Assembly: GCA_965371175.1 (NCBI GenBank)
Contig: CBDUXI010000006.1
Location: 13,973 to 77,972 of the forward strand
Reading direction: 5' to 3'
DNA from: an uncultured bacterium
GTDB lineage: Bacteria; Nitrospirota; JACRHL01
DNA length: 64,000 nucleotides
Shown here: positions 50,820 through 61,200 of the stretch, piece after piece
Layout of the letters: the number at the start of each line of letters is the position of its first letter
How positions within the stretch are numbered: the first letter of the stretch is position 1
The notes under the pieces: generated by a model
What the model was told of the DNA's origin: nothing
Seen by the model: only the letters and a program-made list of their open reading frames with translations
Databases searched by the model: none
Position numbers and translations under genes: made by a program

Positions 50820-52247
50820 CTATTCCATCTCTTCCAGCGGAATCTCGATCACATCGCCCAACGGGGCCAGGGCATCCATCAGCACGTCGCGCCTGCCTAC
50901 CGCTACGATGATCATACTGTCCGGGTGCAGGTGGCTCTGAACCACCCGCAGGATGTCGTCTGCGGTGACGGCCAGGGTGTTTTCCCTGAGGCGGGTCATT
51001 TCGTCCTTTGGCATGTCGAAATAATCCAGGCCCATGCGCCGGTTTACCAATTGCCCCACGGTGACCGATTTGAAGACGAATGCGTTCAGAAAGGCGTCCT
51101 TGGCCTCCGCCAGTTCCTGTTCGGTCACCTTTTCGGTCCGCATCAATTCCAGTTCTGCGAGCATCACCCGGGCCGCCTCGCCCGCCGATTCGGAGCGGGT
51201 GCGGGTGGACATGGCAAATGCGCCCAGATCCCTGGGGCCTGCCGACAGGCCACTGCCGGCGCTGTACGCCAGCCCCCTGTTGGTGCGGATTTCCTGAAAC
51301 AGGCGGCTGGTGAAGCCGCGCCCCAGAATGCGATTGGCCAGGTTCAGTGCGTAGTAGTCCGGATCGCTCCGCAAAATGGAAACATGGGTCATGCGAATCG
51401 ATACCTGATCCAGCGGGCGGTGCACAAACGCCACCCGGCGGCCGTCTATTTCCGGTACGGGGACAGGTTCGATCAGGTTTATCTCCGCCCGTGGCCAGTC
51501 GCCAAAGGCGCGTTTTATGGCCGCGATCACCTGGTCCCGGTCAAAGTCGCCGGTGATGCCCAGCGCGATCTGGTTCGGGTGGTAGTAACGGCGATGAAAG
51601 TCCAGCAGATCGGCGCGGGTGACGGCTTCGATCTCGGCGGCGGAGGTCTCCCTGGCCAGCGGGTGGTTTTCGCCGTATACGAGCTTGGCGGCCTCCCGGC
51701 GGGCGATATTGCCCGGCCGGTCGTTCTTGCGGCGCAGGGCTTCGATGGCCGCCTGCTTCTGAATCACGAGTTGGGCTTCGTCAAAGCGGGGCCTGCGCAG
51801 CATGTCGGCAAAGTGATCCAGCGCTTGCGGAAAAGTGCGGGTGAGACTGTTCATGGATGCGGATGCAGACTCCGAACCGACATGGCTGGACAGGTGAATG
51901 GCCGCGTCGGACAGGGCCTGATCCAGTGCATCCGCATTCAGGTCGCCGGCGCCGCCCTTGCGTAGCAGGGTTCCGGCAAAGCGGGCGATATGCCCTTTTT
52001 CGGGGGGTTCGTAGATGCTGCCGGTGCGGATCAGGGCGCGGATGCCGATGAGCGGCAGTTCCCGGTCGGCGAGCAGGTACAGGCGCATGCCGTTTTCCAG
52101 TTGCACCACCTCCACCTCCGGCTCGGTGACCGATACCGGGGGAAAGTGCATCTGGCGCGGGTCGGGCGACAGCGTGGCGCAGGCCGTAAGCAGCAGGGCC
52201 AGACAGGCCGGCAGGGCGGGGAAAAGAGGACGGCGTATGAGGGTCAT
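50820..52247 (-). CDS. M16-family peptidase, likely non-catalytic partner subunit (lipoprotein)
   Basis: 'MTLIRRPLFPALPACLALLLTACA' lipobox. M16 N- and C-domain homology without a clear HxxEH motif. The ATG overlaps the upstream M16 stop (ATGA). Confidence 0.75.
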   Translation of the reverse strand: MTLIRRPLFPALPACLALLLTACATLSPDPRQMHFPPVSVTEPEVEVVQLENGMRLYLLADRELPLIGIRALIRTGSIYEPPEKGHIARFAGTLLRKGGAGDLNADALDQALSDAAIHLSSHVGSESASASMNSLTRTFPQALDHFADMLRRPRFDEAQLVIQKQAAIEALRRKNDRPGNIARREAAKLVYGENHPLARETSAAEIEAVTRADLLDFHRRYYHPNQIALGITGDFDRDQVIAAIKRAFGDWPRAEINLIEPVPVPEIDGRRVAFVHRPLDQVSIRMTHVSILRSDPDYYALNLANRILGRGFTSRLFQEIRTNRGLAYSAGSGLSAGPRDLGAFAMSTRTRSESAGEAARVMLAELELMRTEKVTEQELAEAKDAFLNAFVFKSVTVGQLVNRRMGLDYFDMPKDEMTRLRENTLAVTADDILRVVQSHLHPDSMIIVAVGRRDVLMDALAPLGDVIEIPLEEME

Positions 52248-53779
52248 GGCGTCGATTCCCCATCCTCTGCGAGGGGCAACAGCTGGGCCACGGTCAGTTG
52301 TTCCGGCGTCAGGTAGCGCCGGGCCACGGCCTGGATTTCCTGTGGCGTAATGTGGGTGGCCTGTGTGTAGGTTTTGTTCAGGTAGGCCCAGTCGCCGGTC
52401 TGCATTTCGTAATATCCCAGTTGCGATGCCAGGCCGGAATTGGAGCCGAGGCCCCGGATCAGGCCGGCTTCCCACTGGGTCAGTGCCCGTTCCAGTTCCT
52501 GCCCGGTAATCGGCTCGTCCCGCAGGCGCGCGATCTCTTCTAAAATGGCGGCTTCCACTTCGGCCACCGTGTGGGGGTGGCGGGGGGATGCGCTGATGAT
52601 CAGGCGGTTCGGGTGGCGGGAGCCGGGCGACCCCCACCCGGAGCGAACCGATGTGGCGATCTGTTTGTCCCGCACCAGTGCCTGATACAGGCGGCTGACC
52701 CGACCGCCGGTCAATACTTCGTCGAGGATGGACATGGCCACCACGTCGTCGTGGCCCAGGGGGGGGGACGGAAAGCCCATCATCAATTGCGGTTCGGCTG
52801 CAAACGAAACCGTCACCCGCCGGGGCTGTGTTTGCGGCGGCTCGGATGGCAAGGCCGGGCGGGTGTACGCGCGGGCGGGCATTTTGCCGAAGGTTTTGCG
52901 AATGGCCGCAAGCGTTTGTTCCGGGTCCAGGTCGCCCACCAGGGAAATGACCATGTTGGCCGGTACGTAATGGGCTTCAAAAAACGCGACCGCCTGGGGC
53001 CGCGTCAGCTTTTTCAGGTCGGCGTCCCAGCCGATCACCGGGTTGCGGTAAGGGTGGGTGGTAAACGACGTGGAAAAGAAAATCTCGCGCAGTTGCCCGC
53101 CGGGGCTGGTATCGACCCGGGAACGGCGCTCCTCCTGCACCACCTCGCGCTCTGCATAAAACTCACGCAGGACCGGCCAGGTGAGCCGTTCGGATTCCAC
53201 CGCCGCCCACAGGGGCAGCCGGTTGGCGGGGAAGCTGACCACGTAACGGGTCATGTCGGGGCTGGTGGAGGCGTTCAGTCCCACCCCGCCGTGCCGGTGG
53301 TACAGCGCCGCGAAGGCGTTGGGCACCACATGGGTTTTGGCCTGCTCCCGCAGCTTCAGGATCGAAGCATCCAGTGCGGCCAGGGTGTCGCCGTCCTTTT
53401 CGCCTTCCTGCTCCAGTTGCTGGCGGCGGATCACCTGCCGGTCGATTTCGGCCAGCAGGCCGCGCTCGGTTTTATAGTCTGTTACCCCCAGCCTGCGGGT
53501 GCCCTTGAATGCCATGTGCTCCAGCAGATGGGCAAGGCCGGTCTGGCCGGGCCGTTCGCTGGTGCTACCCACGCCAACGGAAATGACCGCCGAGATCACG
53601 GGGGCCTGGTGCCGCTCCACCATCAGCACCGTCAGGCCGTTGTCCAGCACGTGGCGGTGGACCGGAATGTCGATGACCGGTGCGTCTGCGGCGCCTGCCG
53701 GGGCGGCCAGCAACCACCACAGCAGGACGGCTACCTTTGCCGCGCCGCGGCTGCCCGGAAAGAGCGGGCCTGCGGTCAT
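52244..53779 (-). CDS. M16-family zinc peptidase (pitrilysin/insulinase-like), catalytic subunit
   Basis: Signal peptide. 'GLAHLLEHMAFKGT' inverted zinc motif HxxEH. Confidence 0.85.
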   Translation of the reverse strand: MTAGPLFPGSRGAAKVAVLLWWLLAAPAGAADAPVIDIPVHRHVLDNGLTVLMVERHQAPVISAVISVGVGSTSERPGQTGLAHLLEHMAFKGTRRLGVTDYKTERGLLAEIDRQVIRRQQLEQEGEKDGDTLAALDASILKLREQAKTHVVPNAFAALYHRHGGVGLNASTSPDMTRYVVSFPANRLPLWAAVESERLTWPVLREFYAEREVVQEERRSRVDTSPGGQLREIFFSTSFTTHPYRNPVIGWDADLKKLTRPQAVAFFEAHYVPANMVISLVGDLDPEQTLAAIRKTFGKMPARAYTRPALPSEPPQTQPRRVTVSFAAEPQLMMGFPSPPLGHDDVVAMSILDEVLTGGRVSRLYQALVRDKQIATSVRSGWGSPGSRHPNRLIISASPRHPHTVAEVEAAILEEIARLRDEPITGQELERALTQWEAGLIRGLGSNSGLASQLGYYEMQTGDWAYLNKTYTQATHITPQEIQAVARRYLTPEQLTVAQLLPLAEDGESTP

Positions 53780-54441
53780 CGGGCGCCCCCGCCGTCCAAC
53801 CCGTGCACGATGGAAATGAGGGCTTCGATATGGTCGATCAGGTGGTCGGCTCCCGCTTCCCGGACCACCGCCTCCGGGTTCATGCCGCAGGTCAGGATGA
53901 CGGAGCGGATGCCCGCACTCCGGGCCGCCTGCACATCGGGCGGGCCGTCTCCCACCATCACCGCTTGTTCCGGGGAGACGCCAAAGTGATCCAGCGCGGC
54001 GTGGAGCATATCCGGGTCGGGCTTGGGGCGGGGCACCGTGTCTCCTGAAAGCACCAGCCCCACTCGCGCTTTAAGCCCCAGGTTGGCGACCACCCCTGCG
54101 GTGTAGATCGAAGGCTTGTTGGTGACGATGGCCTGATCCCGGTCGGCAAAGGCAGTCATGACTTTATCTACGCCGGGGTACAAGGTGGTGTGGTCGGTCA
54201 GGTGGGTCAGGTAGTGGGTACGAAAAATAGTCAGGGCGTGGTCTAGCCCGTCCGGGTCGTTCTCGCCCACGGCCTCCGTCAGCAGGGGGCGGACGCCGTT
54301 GCCCACAAAGCCGAACAGCTCCTGGTGCGGGCGGGTGGCAAGCCCTAAGTCGGTCAGGGTGCGGTTGACCGCCCGGGACAGGTCTTCCCGGGTATCGGCC
54401 AGGGTGCCGTCCAGATCGTAGAGAATCAGGCGGATGGACAT
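53776..54441 (-). CDS. HAD-IA family hydrolase (phosphoglycolate phosphatase-like)
   Basis: 'LILYDLDGTLADT' motif I and 'MVGDGPPDVQAARSAG' motif III. Start at MSIRLI (the ORF extends to 54519). Confidence 0.8.
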   Translation of the reverse strand: MSIRLILYDLDGTLADTREDLSRAVNRTLTDLGLATRPHQELFGFVGNGVRPLLTEAVGENDPDGLDHALTIFRTHYLTHLTDHTTLYPGVDKVMTAFADRDQAIVTNKPSIYTAGVVANLGLKARVGLVLSGDTVPRPKPDPDMLHAALDHFGVSPEQAVMVGDGPPDVQAARSAGIRSVILTCGMNPEAVVREAGADHLIDHIEALISIVHGLDGGGAR

Positions 54442-54576
54442 TGTCGGTGCAATCTTCGTCGAACCCGTGTGTTGGGGTAAAGGTATGTGACTCTCCGGCC
54501 CCGGCTTTTCCGCCGACACAGTGCGCCTTTTTAAGGATGCCTGTGCCAGGCCGGACGCCTGCGGCAGGTCAGGTGC

Positions 54577-57500
54577 CTACGGCAGGTCAGGAAAGATAAC
54601 ATACACCTTGCCCGCTTTTTTGCGTAGTTCGATGATCTCTTCCGTCCGACCGAACCGGCCCGGATAGACCGCGTAGCCGATCAATATCCGGATATCGGTG
54701 TTGGGCGCGGCGATGGCCAGTTCGTCCGCACCGTCCTGATTGAGGTCGCCTGCGGTCATCTGGGTGCCGAACAGGTCGGACGGTCTGGCGTCCGGCGCAA
54801 TGATCCGGGTCCGGAAGACGGGTGCGCCGCTCCCCGTATCCTGAAACAGGAAGACCACGCCGGTATCGATGCCCGCCCGGGTATCCAGAAACGGTGCGGC
54901 AATCGCCAGACTGGCGGAGCCGCTGCCGTCACCGATAAATTGTCCGGAGATGATGCGGGCACCGTAGCGCATACCGGACTCATGCATCGGGGGCGTAAGC
55001 GGCAGGCCGTCGTCCACCACCGCAAGGCCACCCGCGCCATCGTAAAAGCGGACTTCACCGCCATTGACGATCTGGGTCGGCGTGCCCCGGAAGTCGGTTT
55101 TCACCGGGTCGGTCATGGTGTGGAACGGGGCACCGACGACCAGTTCGTCGGCGGGGGGCGGGGTGCTGCCGTCGGGGTTGTCGGGTTCCGGAATGAAGTC
55201 GGCCACCGCGATTTCCAGGCCAAAGCCGCTGTAACGCCCGTTCGGCTGGATGTTCGGGTCGGAAACGGCCATCACGGTGGCCGCGTTCAGGGCGTTTCTG
55301 AGCGCCTGATTGGAAGGCTGGTCCCACGTGGCGGGTTCAAATGCATAGACGACGGACGGTGCGTGGATCAGGTCTTCAAATTCCATGGGGTCGCGGCCCG
55401 GTGCGCCCACAAAAAGTTCGGTCAGGCCGTTCCCCGACAGGTCGCCCACCGCCAGGGAACTGCCGAAGTAGCCCCCTTCTTCCGGTGTCCCTGCGGCCAG
55501 GGTGGCGCGGATGAAGGTGCCGTCGTTCCATGTGCCCGTGGCCGGCGCCAGCAGCACCTCTACCAGCCCCGCGTCGCGCAGGCCGTACACGTCGGCGTGG
55601 GGGGCGCCCACGATAATGTCGTCCCGGCCGTCTCCGTTTAAATCGTACACCAGCAGCCGGAAGCCGTAGCGGGTATTGGCGCGGGGATTGTCCGCTGTCC
55701 ATAACGGGCTGCTATCGGGCGCCAGCATGGCAGAGGACGGGGTAATCCGGGTGATGGCGGTGGGCGCACCCTCTGCATCGAGGTGATAGATATCAAAAAA
55801 ACCGGTCTTGGGATCGTTGCCGTCGGACGATCTGGCGTACGGCGCGCTGACCAGCATGTCGGTATCGCCGTCGCCGTCAAAGTCGCCGTGGGCCAGCAGA
55901 TGTCCCCAGCCGGTGGTATCGTCCGCCAGTTGACCCGGATACGGCCGGATGGAAGAGAACGGCGGGTCGGCATCAAAATACGGGTAGCCGTTGATGCGGG
56001 GCACCAGGCCGTCCCGATCCGCCGGGAACGATCCCAGCAGTACCGGCTTGTCGAAGCTGGTATCGGTGGCCGATCGGCCAAGCGGCGCAATGGTGAGGGA
56101 ACTGCCGAAGTGGATGCCCTCCTCGGGGTACTGCCCGACCGTGATGGCGCCGGTATCCGGGTCGAGGATCACCTCCGGCGCGGTCAGCAGTTCGGTGCTT
56201 TTCATCATATGCACCCGGGCAAAGCCCCATGTGTCGGGAACGGTGCCGTCGCTCAAGGCGATATGGGCCGTGGTCGAAAGCCGGTCGGTGCTGGCGTTCG
56301 GAGGGGTATATACCCCGTCTGCGGTGATATTGCCGCCGCCGATCACCTCCCACTGGGTGGAGCCCTCCGGTACGGAACCGGTAAAGGTCCGGGTGGTGAT
56401 CCGCCCTGTCCGGCCGACATATGCCTGCGGCGGGGAGACGGCGGGGAGTGCCTCGCCGGATACCAGTTGCAGGTCCAGGGTGCCGCCGGTGACGGTATCG
56501 GGCGTGCCCGCAAGCAGGTCGGGCCAGCCGTCCAGGTTCAGGTCGTGCCACGCGAACCCGGTACCGAAATTGCCACCCACTTCCGGTACTTGCGCCTTAA
56601 AGCGGCGCACGCCCATAAAGTCTCCCTGCCCTGCGGAATAATAGGTTTTGATGCGCCCCTGCCCCAGGGAGCCGGGGATGGCCACGGTCAGGTCGAACGG
56701 TTCGATGCCGTCCACGTCGTCAAACCGGAGGCGGGCGCCAAACCGGTCCACGCTGGAAGGGCCCGGCTCGCGCAGGTCGTTCAGGAACTGGAAGCGCCCG
56801 TATCCGTCTGCGGCAAACAGAAAGACCATGCCGCCGTTCACCATGCCGCCTGCGGTGGACACCGGCTGCGTCGGTGCGCCCACGGCCACGTCGGACAGGG
56901 CATCTGCGGTGACATCCGCCACGGCCAGCGCCGTGCCAAATGCCGCCCCCGCCGCAGGCAGCGGAGAGTGCACTTCGTCGGCGGCGGAGAAGGTGAGCGG
57001 GGTGGCCGCAAGGTCGGAGCGGAAAGAAAACACCCGACCGGCTCCGGCAAGGAGGGCGCCGTCCACGGTGGCCGTGGCGTCGGGGGCACCCACCAGCAGG
57101 TCGTTGAGCTGGGTTTCCTCTCCGCTGATGCCGTAGCCGGTGCAGCCGTCCAGACAGACGGTCGCCAGGGTGCTGCCAAAGGCGGCGCCCGTTTCCGGGT
57201 CGGGGGCGACAAGCGCTGCGGCAAGTTCAAACTGTACGGCGCCGGGTTGCACATCCACCACGTATACCGCGCCCGCTACGGCCAGAGCGCCGAGATCCGG
57301 GTCCACCACCGTGATGCCGGGTGCGCCCACGGCGAGCCGCAAACTGCCATCGGCGGCAAAGTGGCCGGTTTCGATGGCGGCACCAAACAGGTCACCGGCA
57401 ACCCCTGCGGGGTCGGCAACGGTTACCGGAGTGGCAAATCCCCCCGCGCCGTCCCCGAAGAATACGTGTACGGCTCCCGTGCCTGCGGCCACGCCGGTGC

Positions 57501-58500
57501 CACCCGGCTCCGACACGATCAGGTCGTTTGCCCCGTTTCCGTCCAGGTCGAGCGCGATGACCTGGCTGCCAAACGCCCCGTCGGTGACGGGGTCGGGCGA
57601 TGCAAGGAACGTTTCCACGTCACTGAACCCGTCGCTGTTGAAGGTGCGAATCCACACCTGTCCCGCCGCAAATACCGTACCTCCGGGGGTGCCGACATCG
57701 GTGCCGGGAGCGCCCACTACCACCTCGGCATACGGTCCCCCATCCAGATAGGTGGTGGTGATGTTGGCGCCAAAGCGGGCATCGCCCGCCAGCGCGCCGG
57801 CATTGTAAAAGCTTTCCGGAGCCAGGATGGTGACCTGTGCCTCTGTGGAGGTGGCCGGGTCCACGACGCTGGTTGCGCGGATGGTGTCGACGCCGGCCAG
57901 GGCGGGTGCCGTGTAGAGACCGGATGCAGTGATGGTGCCGTCACCAATCACCTCCCAGGTGACGCTTGTGTCGGGAGCGCCGGTCAGGGCCGCCTGGAAC
58001 AGAGACGCCTGATTTGGCACCAGCAGCAAACTGGGCGGATTGATGGCAATGGTCACGTCCACCGCGATGCCCTGCACCGGCAGTTTGTAGACGGGATTTA
58101 AAAAATCGTTGCTCTCAAAAATGATGTAGCCGGTGTACTCTCCGGCAACGGCGGCCACAAAGGAGATATCCACCTCTTCAGTGCGCTCGCCGCTGGCAAA
58201 GGCGGGAAGGCTGGACTTATTCACCGTAAACGCGGGGTCCGTGGAGGTGATGGACGAGATGATCAGGTCGGCGCCACCCAGATTTTCAATCTGCACGGTG
58301 AGGGGCGGGGCGGCTGCCCGGACAGAGACGTACTGAAAGTCGACTGGAATCGGAGAATATTCGGCGACTGCAAGCGCCACCCCGTCTGCGGGCGGATCCT
58401 GGGCCAAACCATGCACAGGCGGCAGACTGACCGCCAGTATCCCGGCAATGACCAGGATAAAAAACGAAGGAAAACGCAGTGAAAGGCCCAGACGGTCCAT
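54577..58500 (-). CDS. Giant secreted FG-GAP/integrin-alpha-like beta-propeller repeat protein (1307 aa)
   Basis: Signal peptide 'FFILVIAGILAVSLPPVHGLAQ'. Many repeats of 'FG...DLNGDG.DDLIVGAP' type (e.g. 'DLDGNGANDLIVSEP', 'DLNGDGRDDIIVGAP', 'DLNQDGADELAIAAP'). Confidence 0.8.
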   Translation of the reverse strand: MDRLGLSLRFPSFFILVIAGILAVSLPPVHGLAQDPPADGVALAVAEYSPIPVDFQYVSVRAAAPPLTVQIENLGGADLIISSITSTDPAFTVNKSSLPAFASGERTEEVDISFVAAVAGEYTGYIIFESNDFLNPVYKLPVQGIAVDVTIAINPPSLLLVPNQASLFQAALTGAPDTSVTWEVIGDGTITASGLYTAPALAGVDTIRATSVVDPATSTEAQVTILAPESFYNAGALAGDARFGANITTTYLDGGPYAEVVVGAPGTDVGTPGGTVFAAGQVWIRTFNSDGFSDVETFLASPDPVTDGAFGSQVIALDLDGNGANDLIVSEPGGTGVAAGTGAVHVFFGDGAGGFATPVTVADPAGVAGDLFGAAIETGHFAADGSLRLAVGAPGITVVDPDLGALAVAGAVYVVDVQPGAVQFELAAALVAPDPETGAAFGSTLATVCLDGCTGYGISGEETQLNDLLVGAPDATATVDGALLAGAGRVFSFRSDLAATPLTFSAADEVHSPLPAAGAAFGTALAVADVTADALSDVAVGAPTQPVSTAGGMVNGGMVFLFAADGYGRFQFLNDLREPGPSSVDRFGARLRFDDVDGIEPFDLTVAIPGSLGQGRIKTYYSAGQGDFMGVRRFKAQVPEVGGNFGTGFAWHDLNLDGWPDLLAGTPDTVTGGTLDLQLVSGEALPAVSPPQAYVGRTGRITTRTFTGSVPEGSTQWEVIGGGNITADGVYTPPNASTDRLSTTAHIALSDGTVPDTWGFARVHMMKSTELLTAPEVILDPDTGAITVGQYPEEGIHFGSSLTIAPLGRSATDTSFDKPVLLGSFPADRDGLVPRINGYPYFDADPPFSSIRPYPGQLADDTTGWGHLLAHGDFDGDGDTDMLVSAPYARSSDGNDPKTGFFDIYHLDAEGAPTAITRITPSSAMLAPDSSPLWTADNPRANTRYGFRLLVYDLNGDGRDDIIVGAPHADVYGLRDAGLVEVLLAPATGTWNDGTFIRATLAAGTPEEGGYFGSSLAVGDLSGNGLTELFVGAPGRDPMEFEDLIHAPSVVYAFEPATWDQPSNQALRNALNAATVMAVSDPNIQPNGRYSGFGLEIAVADFIPEPDNPDGSTPPPADELVVGAPFHTMTDPVKTDFRGTPTQIVNGGEVRFYDGAGGLAVVDDGLPLTPPMHESGMRYGARIISGQFIGDGSGSASLAIAAPFLDTRAGIDTGVVFLFQDTGSGAPVFRTRIIAPDARPSDLFGTQMTAGDLNQDGADELAIAAPNTDIRILIGYAVYPGRFGRTEEIIELRKKAGKVYVIFPDLP

Positions 58501-58654
58501 GTATCTCCGGTCAATTATGGCGGGCCACCGACGCCGGATTCGGTGCCGATACCGAATCTAGCGGTTGGACGCAGTCGCCACGCAGGGTAGAATACGCTCC
58601 GCACCCGTGCCGAACCCCCGGTCCGGAAAAAAAGGTGACGGAATACCGGTTAAA

Positions 58655-59095
58655 ATGAATGCACATCCCGTACCAGAGAAGGCTCCTGCAAGGGTCAAAT
58701 CGCTTTGCGTTCAGCGCCTGCATGAACGGGCGCACCTGCCCCGACGCGCGGACGACGGTGCGGCAGGGTACGACCTGTACGCCTGCGGTGCCCAGAACAG
58801 CCGGATCATCCGCACCGGCGTGGCCGTGGAAATTCCCGCCGACTGGGTGGGGGTGATCAAGGATCGTTCCGGTATTGCCGTGTCCGGCCGGGCGTTTACC
58901 GTGGCCGGGGTGATCGACAGTTCCTACCGGGGAGAGGTCAAAATCGTGTTCGATCGCGAGATTGACGTGGAAGACGGCGAGCGCATCGCCCAACTGGTGA
59001 TCGTGCCGCATTATTCCGGCGCGGTGAGGGAGGTGTCCGACCTTTCCCATTCTGCCCGCGGAGAGGGTGGTTTTGGGTCTACCGGAAAATTTTAG
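58655..59095 (+). CDS. dut: dUTP diphosphatase
   Basis: 'AAGYDLYA', 'GVIDSSYRGEVKI' and 'RGEGGFGSTG' dUTPase motifs. The ORF begins at 58565; start taken at MNAHPV. Confidence 0.9.
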   Translation: MNAHPVPEKAPARVKSLCVQRLHERAHLPRRADDGAAGYDLYACGAQNSRIIRTGVAVEIPADWVGVIKDRSGIAVSGRAFTVAGVIDSSYRGEVKIVFDREIDVEDGERIAQLVIVPHYSGAVREVSDLSHSARGEGGFGSTGKF

Positions 59096-59156
59096 GTGGA
59101 AAATCGCAGGGGAATCGTCCCGAATGGGTCATTTTGAGTAGAAAGATCGTGAGTTA

Positions 59157-60341
59157 ATGGACGTAATAACCGATTCCTCCCCGTATTTGCTGATTGAGGA
59201 TACGCCCGCGCTGGAAGGCTTTATGGAAAGGCTATCCGCTTGCCCGGTGCTGGCGGCGGACATCGAATCCAACTCGCTGCACCGCTATATCGAACGGGTT
59301 TCCCTGATTCAGCTGACCGGACGCGAGGCGGATGGCACCCTGCACCACGCCATTGTCGATCCCATGGCCGATGTGGATGTGAGCCTGCTCGGCCCGCTGT
59401 TTGCCGATCCGCAGGTGGTGGTGATTTTTCACGGGGCCGATTACGATGTGGTCTCGCTCAAGCGCGACTACGGCTTCCGCTTTACCGGCATATACGACAC
59501 CATGATCGCGGCCCGGGGCGCGGGGTTTGAGCGGTTTGGTCTGGCCGATCTGGTCAACCGCTACTTCCAGGTGGCCCTGGACAAACGCTACCAGAAGCAC
59601 GACTGGTCGGCCCGGCCGATTGACCAGAAGGCGCTGGATTACGCCCATCTGGATACCCGCTATCTGCCGGAAATCATGGACCTGTTGCAGGTGGAAGTGG
59701 CAAAAAACGGGCGGGAAGATCTGGTGGAGGAAGAATGCCAGTTGATCGAAGACCGGAAATGGACGCCGAAGCCGCCGGACAATAACGCTTTTTTGCGTAT
59801 GAAAGGGGCCACAAAGCTGCCGGAGGCAAATCAGCGGGTGCTGCGCGAACTGTACAACCTGCGTGATACCATCGCCCGCAAAAAGGACTGGCCGGCGTTC
59901 AAGATCATGGGCAACGAACTGCTGTTCGATATTGCCAAAGCCGTGCCGGAAGACGCCCGTGCGCTGGAGCACGCCGCAGGCACGCGCAGCCGGGTGGTGC
60001 GCCGCTACGGCCCCGCCCTGCTGGATGCCGTGGCCGCGGGGAAAATCAGTCAGGAAGAGGTCCCCAGGCCAAAGCCCACGGGAAAACGCTTTTCCCGGGA
60101 GGATGACGCCCTGTTCAATCACCTGCGTAGCTGGCGCAACGCCCATGCCAAAGTCGAGGGGGTGGAGCCCGCCATGGTGGTCAACAACATGGCTCTGCAA
60201 GAGATTGCCGCCGCCCGGCCCACCACGGCAGCCGCCATGGAAAACGTACCGGGTGTCCGGCGCTGGCAGTTGCGCCGCTATGCCGAACCGCTTGCGCAGG
60301 CGGTGGCCGAATTCCAGGCCGGAACCAAAGCGGGCGGCTAG
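59157..60341 (+). CDS. rnd: Ribonuclease D (DEDDy 3'-5' exonuclease with HRDC domain)
   Basis: Exo motifs 'LAADIESNSL', 'FHGADYDV' and 'YAHLDTRYL' (DEDDy), followed by HRDC-like repeats. Confidence 0.85.
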   Translation: MDVITDSSPYLLIEDTPALEGFMERLSACPVLAADIESNSLHRYIERVSLIQLTGREADGTLHHAIVDPMADVDVSLLGPLFADPQVVVIFHGADYDVVSLKRDYGFRFTGIYDTMIAARGAGFERFGLADLVNRYFQVALDKRYQKHDWSARPIDQKALDYAHLDTRYLPEIMDLLQVEVAKNGREDLVEEECQLIEDRKWTPKPPDNNAFLRMKGATKLPEANQRVLRELYNLRDTIARKKDWPAFKIMGNELLFDIAKAVPEDARALEHAAGTRSRVVRRYGPALLDAVAAGKISQEEVPRPKPTGKRFSREDDALFNHLRSWRNAHAKVEGVEPAMVVNNMALQEIAAARPTTAAAMENVPGVRRWQLRRYAEPLAQAVAEFQAGTKAGG

Positions 60342-60376
60342 CCCACAAAGAGCAATCGTAAGGAGTTAAACCGGAC

Positions 60377-61144
60377 ATGGGTTTGATGGATGGAAAAAAA
60401 GGGGTGATTCTGGGCGTGGCCAATGCCCGGTCAATCGCCTGGGGCGTGGCCCGCTCCCTGCACCGGGAAGGGGCCGAACTGGCCTTTACCTACGCCGGGG
60501 AGGCCGTCGAAAAACGGCTGCGGCCGTTGGCGAAAGAACTGGACGTGTCGCTGGTGATTCCGTGCGACGTGAGCGACGAATCCCAGATCAAGGACGCCAT
60601 GGATCAGGTGGGCAAGCAGTTCGGAAAAATCGACTTTCTGGTGCATTCCATCGCCTTTGCCCATAAGGAAGACCTGCGGCAACCGCTGCTGGACATCAAC
60701 CGGGAAAACTTCCTGACGTCCATGGATATCAGCGTCTATTCATTCATTTCCGCCTGCCGCTATGCGACGCCGCATCTGGCGGACAATGCCAGCATGCTCA
60801 CCCTGTCGTTTTACGGGGCCGAAAAAGTCATGCCCAATTACACCGTAATGGGGGTTGCCAAGGCCGCGCTGGAGGCCTCGGTGCGCTATCTGGCCGACGA
60901 CATGGGGCCTTCCGGCGTGCGGGTGAACAGCGTCTCCGCCGGTCCCATCAAAACCCTGGCCGCTTCCGGCATCGGCGATTTCCACACCATCCGCAACACC
61001 GCCGCCGAACGCGCCCCCTTAAGGCGCAACGTGGATATTGACGAAGTGGGTGACGCGGCCACCTATCTGCTGTCGCCCCTGTCTCGCGGGGTGACCGGCG
61101 AGGTGCATTATGTGGATGCCGGGTACAACGTCATCGGCATGTAG
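60377..61144 (+). CDS. fabI: Enoyl-[acyl-carrier-protein] reductase (NADH)
   Basis: 'KKGVILGVANARSIAWGVARSL' and a Y-x6-K active site ('YTVMGVAKAALE'). 255 aa. Confidence 0.95.
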   Translation: MGLMDGKKGVILGVANARSIAWGVARSLHREGAELAFTYAGEAVEKRLRPLAKELDVSLVIPCDVSDESQIKDAMDQVGKQFGKIDFLVHSIAFAHKEDLRQPLLDINRENFLTSMDISVYSFISACRYATPHLADNASMLTLSFYGAEKVMPNYTVMGVAKAALEASVRYLADDMGPSGVRVNSVSAGPIKTLAASGIGDFHTIRNTAAERAPLRRNVDIDEVGDAATYLLSPLSRGVTGEVHYVDAGYNVIGM

Positions 61145-61200
61145 CCGGACCGTTCGGTGCGCCGCCCGGTGCGGTTTACAGACAGGCTGTCATGCCCCCC

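Noticed and set aside
48392-58101. Plus-strand ORFs (267, 225, 384, 472, 233 and 772 aa) antisense to rluB, tpx, the M16 pair and the FG-GAP gene
   Set aside because: Antisense artefacts. The 772-aa ORF opposite the FG-GAP gene reflects the repeat-rich, high-GC nature of that gene.
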